Assembly (NCBI GenBank): GCA_965644295.1
Contig: CBFFRP010000618.1
Span: forward strand, 1 to 26,491
Direction: 5' to 3'
Length of the DNA stretch: 26,491 bases
Source: Paraphysomonas bandaiensis
Taxonomy: Eukaryota; Protista; Chrysophyceae
A model generated the notes under the pieces. It was given only the letters and a program-made list of their open reading frames with translations, was not told where the DNA came from and did not search any database. Both the position numbers and the translations under genes were made by a program. Below are positions 21,401 to 26,491 of the stretch, in pieces (position 1 is the first letter of the stretch; each line of letters opens with the position of its first letter).

Positions 21401-22438
21401 TGTACACTCGACATGAACTTCTTTATAGACGTGCAGCAGTTGGTGGCATTAACGACATACGACACAGAGAAGCTCGAAGTCTTCTTCTCAGTCTTTATGA
21501 TCATCCTCTTCTTCATCAGACTCATACTCTTCCGATTCAGAACTTCGGTTTTCTTGAATCTCACTCATTGAATCGATGTATACGAGATTGCATTTCTTGT
21601 GGTACTTTATTCTCACTGCTATCATTCTCAGGTCCTTGATTAAGTAAAGTAGCAATTGATCCCAACACTGTGTATTCATACCCGTTAAAAGGACAACACC
21701 CGTAAGTTTTCCATCCACCATACTAGTTGATCCATATACCATATTCACTGCAGTTAATTTATTTTCATCTTCTTTCAAGTGTTGTACGAGCAGATTTCTT
21801 TACTTCCGCTCGATTCCACCCGTTAAGATCATTTCATTCACTTTCACATGATGTGATTCAATTATTCGTATATCAGCAGTGAATCCAAATCACCCGTTGG
21901 CGATAAAACAATAATATCACCTGGTACAATATCACATGTTGATATCATTTCTAATTGTCCATTACGATATACATGTGAATGTGGATCAGCTAAGGATGCT
22001 AATGCTTCTAATGCATTCCCAGATGAACATTCAGTATATGTTGCTAGCAGATGCGCTGTACTTCAAAATAATAATCAAATACAGCAATACCTTCAACTAA
22101 ATTCACCAACAAGTAATTGATACAATAGCAGCAATCATTAATATAATAATCACAATATTAACAAACTGTGATAAAAAATAATAACCATAGTGGAATACGT
22201 TTAGGGTTTGGTTAACTCATTTGTACCATATAGATGTAATCTACGTATTACTTCATCTGGAAGTTAATCCATTAGATATATTAGTACTTAATGCACCAAC
22301 CACATCTTCATATGGTATATTAGAATTAGCGTATTGGTTTAATTCTTCAGATGAAATCACTTCATTACTTCGGTGATGTTTTTTACGTAATAATTCACAT
22401 GCTTTTTCTTCATCAAAAGATGCCATTTCAACACTCAT
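18478..22438 (-). CDS. Type II P-type cation-transporting ATPase (ATP4/ENA-like Na+ pump or SERCA/PMR1-like), frame broken by many indels
   Basis: Motifs occur in the correct order across nine ORF pieces: GLTS..YGTNEL, DIVPGDI, corrupted [43 protein letters not shown], corrupted [49 protein letters not shown]. First ATG at 22438. The ORF stop is at 18981, but GAT|GTATGA (18986) and CCAG|GTG (18720) allow an in-phase last exon 18720-18478. Confidence 0.85.
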
Positions 22439-22970
22439 ATAATTCAAGATAGTCTTAATTCACTTAGTGCAAAGTATGACCAATCTCAATCACTTTCCTC
22501 CCATATTTCCTAACTATGAATTGTGTATAATAAACATTCATTCTATATACACTTTCGGGAAATCTTTCATGACATATTCTTGACTCGCTAAATTTACTTT
22601 TTTTTTCTATTATTTTCTACGACAATTTTGAACGAACATCAAATTCATATATATAACACACTACATTTTTTTGTTTATGTAAAATTGAAGAATGAAATTT
22701 TACAAATCATCCCACTGTCGTAGCGTCAATCTGACAAAATTTGATAATCAAACAACAATTTTTCTACCAATCATATTCTTATAAATCGATGTAATTGGCT
22801 AAATAAAAAATAACGTCAGAAAAATCATTTTGATATGCGGAATTACCAGTTCATGGATGGATCTCGGAAGATCGCAACCCGCAAAATACATTCGTCATTG
22901 AAAAAAAATCAAACCGTCAGAGATCTGTATAGCCAATCATCAATCTGTATAAGGTGCTGATTATGAAGAA

Positions 22971-23594
22971 ATGGTTCGCTCAGTGATTGTGGTGAGCCAG
23001 ATACTTAGGCACGCACATATATTGCAGCACCACCACCAATTGGCACTCACTATCCAATGGTCAATGTGTCTAGCATGCGTAGCGCCAGTGCAGTCGTTCT
23101 TAATACGATGGTACATGAAATGGTCTCACTTTTCCCTGTGGTCACATGAGCATGCACCAGCAAGCTATGCTTGCACCAACTCGAATCTTAGCCATGTGCT
23201 ATGATCACACATCAACCAGTACTGTCAATCACTGATGTAACTCGGAGAATTCAACAACTGAATGCACGTGACTGAAGTTCCGGGTTCTATCAATGAAGCG
23301 CAAATCTACTGCTCTTTTACCAAAATCGAGAGCCCTAACCAAGCTTCTGAATCATATATGTCTGCACACGTCATCGAGTTTGTTCGAATATTCGCTGTAG
23401 CAACTTTTACTGCATTGGCGGCAGTTCAAATCTGGCGGGAGCATGGATATTATTAGAGCATCGAGCGTTTGTTTTATTTTCTTGCAGGTTGCTGCTAGGA
23501 ATTGCAACAGCTACCCTGGATTGAAGCGTTGCAGTCGGCGCTGACAACAGCATACCACGATGATTTGGCATTAGTTTTAACGTGTTTGCTGTGA
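22971..23594 (+). CDS. Possible small hypothetical gene, structure unresolved
   Basis: GC-richer island between AT-rich spacers, with short open frames (22971-23204, 23262-23456, and ELQQLPWIEALQSALTTAYHDDLALVLTCLL* ending 23594). No recognisable motif. Confidence 0.25.
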
Positions 23595-24015
23595 AATAAA
23601 TTAAAGTGCACAGAATACATGTACTTTATAGTCTCATATAGATTGAATCATATTGCTATTTGACTGTTTGTCTGCAACATGTTTTCATGAGTTGTGTCGT
23701 TATAAATATGAAATATGAACGTTATAGTAATATATGTATTCTTGTGGCCAATGGTTGTATTAATTATTCTAGTTAGAATATATTTTTATTGTTCTAAAAG
23801 GGGATGTAATAGTATCATAATCGAGTTATTTTAATGAAAACGCAGTCGTCATATTTACAATTCCTAACCACGAATGCTCTGTTGCACGTACTCATGTGTA
23901 CTTGTTTAGTTATACTAAATCCCGTATTCATTGGTTGCTTAAAAGTGCTACATCCAATATAGACGAAAAATGCTGCACATCTTTGAAAAAAGAGAGTTGG
24001 TACTCGTAGCTGATT

Positions 24016-26302
24016 TCATTTCCTCCACTTGGGATCTGTGTGCTTAGGGTGGAGCCTGCCCTTGTACAGTGTAAAATATATATCACCATCTATCATCTAC
24101 CTCGGATATTTGTTGTTCTTTACTTGTGTACGTTATGAAATCTTGCCCCTGCAAGCACCCATCCTTTCTTCATCTGTACGATGCGCAACACCATATCATT
24201 CAGAGTGGAAGTCAGGGAGCACGTGATTAAATAATCTTTGATGACTTACTAACGAACAAACACAAACACATAATCCTGCAATATAATCAATAGACCGAAC
24301 AAGGCAATCAAACACAGTTCAGGTTATGTTTATATAGAAACCACCATCCTCTCTATTCTGCGGTTATTGAACTTAGAGAAAAGTTATAAAAATCACAGTG
24401 ATCAAGTGGTCTAAAGGTGGCCCGTGAACGGAGAACATCTCTATAGATAAGGACACATAACATTAACACAAAGTCTGTTTCACTCGTCGCTTACTCGGCT
24501 CCATTCTGGTGAATCAAAAGTAAATAGGAGAGATTTGTTGGCATTTATAATGTCTTTGAATAGTTTCTCCTGGAAACGGTTCACATCCGCACAAGAGACT
24601 GTAGAGACATACACCAACCTATACACAGTATATCACTGTGGTACAATGTATCTGTAGATATAAAATAGCGCGAAACATTATAAGATAGCAGCAATGAAGA
24701 ATCCCTAGCGAGATATCTGTATATACGCAAGTCACAGTGTAATATACAGTAGGTCAGAGCATTATACATATTTAAGATAGTGCCAAATATCCTTAGGTGT
24801 CTGCATATCGCTGAGGTGGGTGTTGTGCATAATGCATTACTTACCGAAAACATGTCTACATTCAATGAATACCCTTCGCGCACTCCCGATCGAAATATCT
24901 CCGAGTGCTAGCTACCCTGAGTGCCGCACCGCCCTCTCGGAGGCAGCCATCTTTTTCAAAATCCGCATTATTTCCGGTAAGTCTGCTAGTTTTATCTGCA
25001 TGGTGGGTGCTTTGCACGAGACAACAGTAAGTTCTCGTTCATTCGTTCAGGGAAAGTAATGTTAGATAGTTTGATATCTCGATGGGCGATATGGTTTGCT
25101 CGACAGAGTGCAACAGCTTGTACGAGTTGGATAGCAATGTGCTTGACATGTTTTTCCCTCTTTTTTTGAAGGCACCCTCTTCAGATAGCTTGTCGAAAAG
25201 ATTATTAGACTTCATAAGCTCCATATCAATCACAAAGTTCTCTCTGAAAATAGTGTTAGACCAACCATCTTCTCCGTCGCGCATGTAGTACACAATAATC
25301 AACGTGGAACATACACGGTAACATAAAACCGTGTCAATAGAGAAGAGTTCAAGCAGTATAAAATGGGAGCATGAGTTTACCTTGTCTCCATGATACCATC
25401 TGCAGTTGTACAACGGGCACATTTCAGACAAAGTCACCTCATCAACATCATCTATTGACTTTGGCCTGGTTGATATCACCGCGTTTATGAGTTGATTTCA
25501 GCTAGCACTTTCGTATGTAGCGTATCTTTCCGCTCTTTGCCACTATTAACTTGAGACCAGAACTCACGCTTATTTATAAGTTTCAAGGCACATTGACTCG
25601 TATATACATCGTCGCGAAAAAAACGTAAAACTACATTGAAAGCATATGATCATGCTCTTTAACGTTACGCTACTGCATCAAAGTGTAAAACAGATATCAG
25701 GACGGACTCATGGAATTTAAACTCGTCAAGCTCTACTGGAGAGAAGATCGCCTCAGAATAGGCATATGAGCATTCCGGTCAAGCTTATTATCTGAACCAT
25801 AGTTTCTTCGACTAAAGTATGACGACGATCTATGACAACATAGAAATAAGAAACATGAAAACAGTAATTGCTTCAAATGCACAAATTCAATCCCACAAAA
25901 GAACTCATTAACAAATAGACTCTGCCTCGCCAACGGTGACCGCCCTGTCGGCGCAACGTCACCATCAGAATCAGAGCTGCTAGCAACGATCTTCAGTTCC
26001 TCGTCTACGGCCTGGTGTACGAAGCATAACGACCTATGCATATATATCAACGTCAGCACACACCAAAACCAAGTCATAACTCCTTACCTATACCAAGAGG
26101 TGGTCGACTGAAAGCATACACATCTTTGACTGTCATTTTCGAGGCCAAGATTAGTCTCCCCTGAAATACTTCGTCAGTGTAGGTGTGCGGTTCACTACAG
26201 AGAAATATTTCCTCTTTCGGGGAGGCGATAATTCAAGCTGAGCAGTAATACTGCAATCGTATCATATAATCGGACCTTGGGGGTGCCCTGCATCACTTCG
26301 AC
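24016..26302 (-). CDS. Hypothetical multi-exon gene, partial and probably indel-damaged
   Basis: Coding-like pieces (AVDEELKIVASSSDSDGD, DDVDEVTLSEMCPLYNCRWYHGDK, WSNTIFRENFVIDMELMK, RFQEKLFKDIIKCQQISPIYFDSPEWSR) with plausible donors (GTAAGG 26087, GTAAAC 25380) and an acceptor (TTCAG ending 26303). I could not build one continuous frame and do not recognise the family. Confidence 0.35.
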
Positions 26303-26491
26303 CTGAATATAAAAAACTTACAACGGCTAATATATATTATCAACAGTATACTTGTATAACAAGCAAAACACAATTACAAATATCAAGTTTGCTTTACCGC
26401 AATAACAACAAACCTATAATAGAATCTCTTTACTAAACTCTTGCCATATACATTCACACAAGTGGAATATAACTTTTATTAACAACTTACC

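Overview
Eukaryotic, intron-rich DNA: standard code, GT-AG introns full of TA/CA microsatellites. An IQUB gene implies a flagellated organism, probably a protist; stramenopile-like is only a guess. The left two-thirds is an inverted gene pair, <-geneA | IQUB-> <-Cu/Zn-SOD | geneC->. Genes A (5364..265, 13 exons, ~1276 aa) and C (9950..17561, 24 exons, ~1679 aa) share one architecture. Each has an ankyrin array with every repeat on its own 99-nt phase-0 exon (5 vs 18 internal repeats), then helical 30-42-nt micro-exons (5 vs 3). One 2985-nt exon follows, encoding a coiled-coil region, an atypical DFD kinase and a RING1...Rcat (RBR-like, no IBR) E3 module. The effector ends and 3' flanks are nearly identical. 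The ankyrin exons are mosaics that vary mainly at the binding-surface positions. My main hypothesis is an exon-shuffling sensor-kinase-ubiquitin-ligase (immune-receptor-like) system. The right third holds a type II P-type ATPase (ATP4/ENA-like) broken by many 1-nt indels, probably consensus errors, and two poorly resolved hypothetical genes. All gene models were built by hand; no searches were run.
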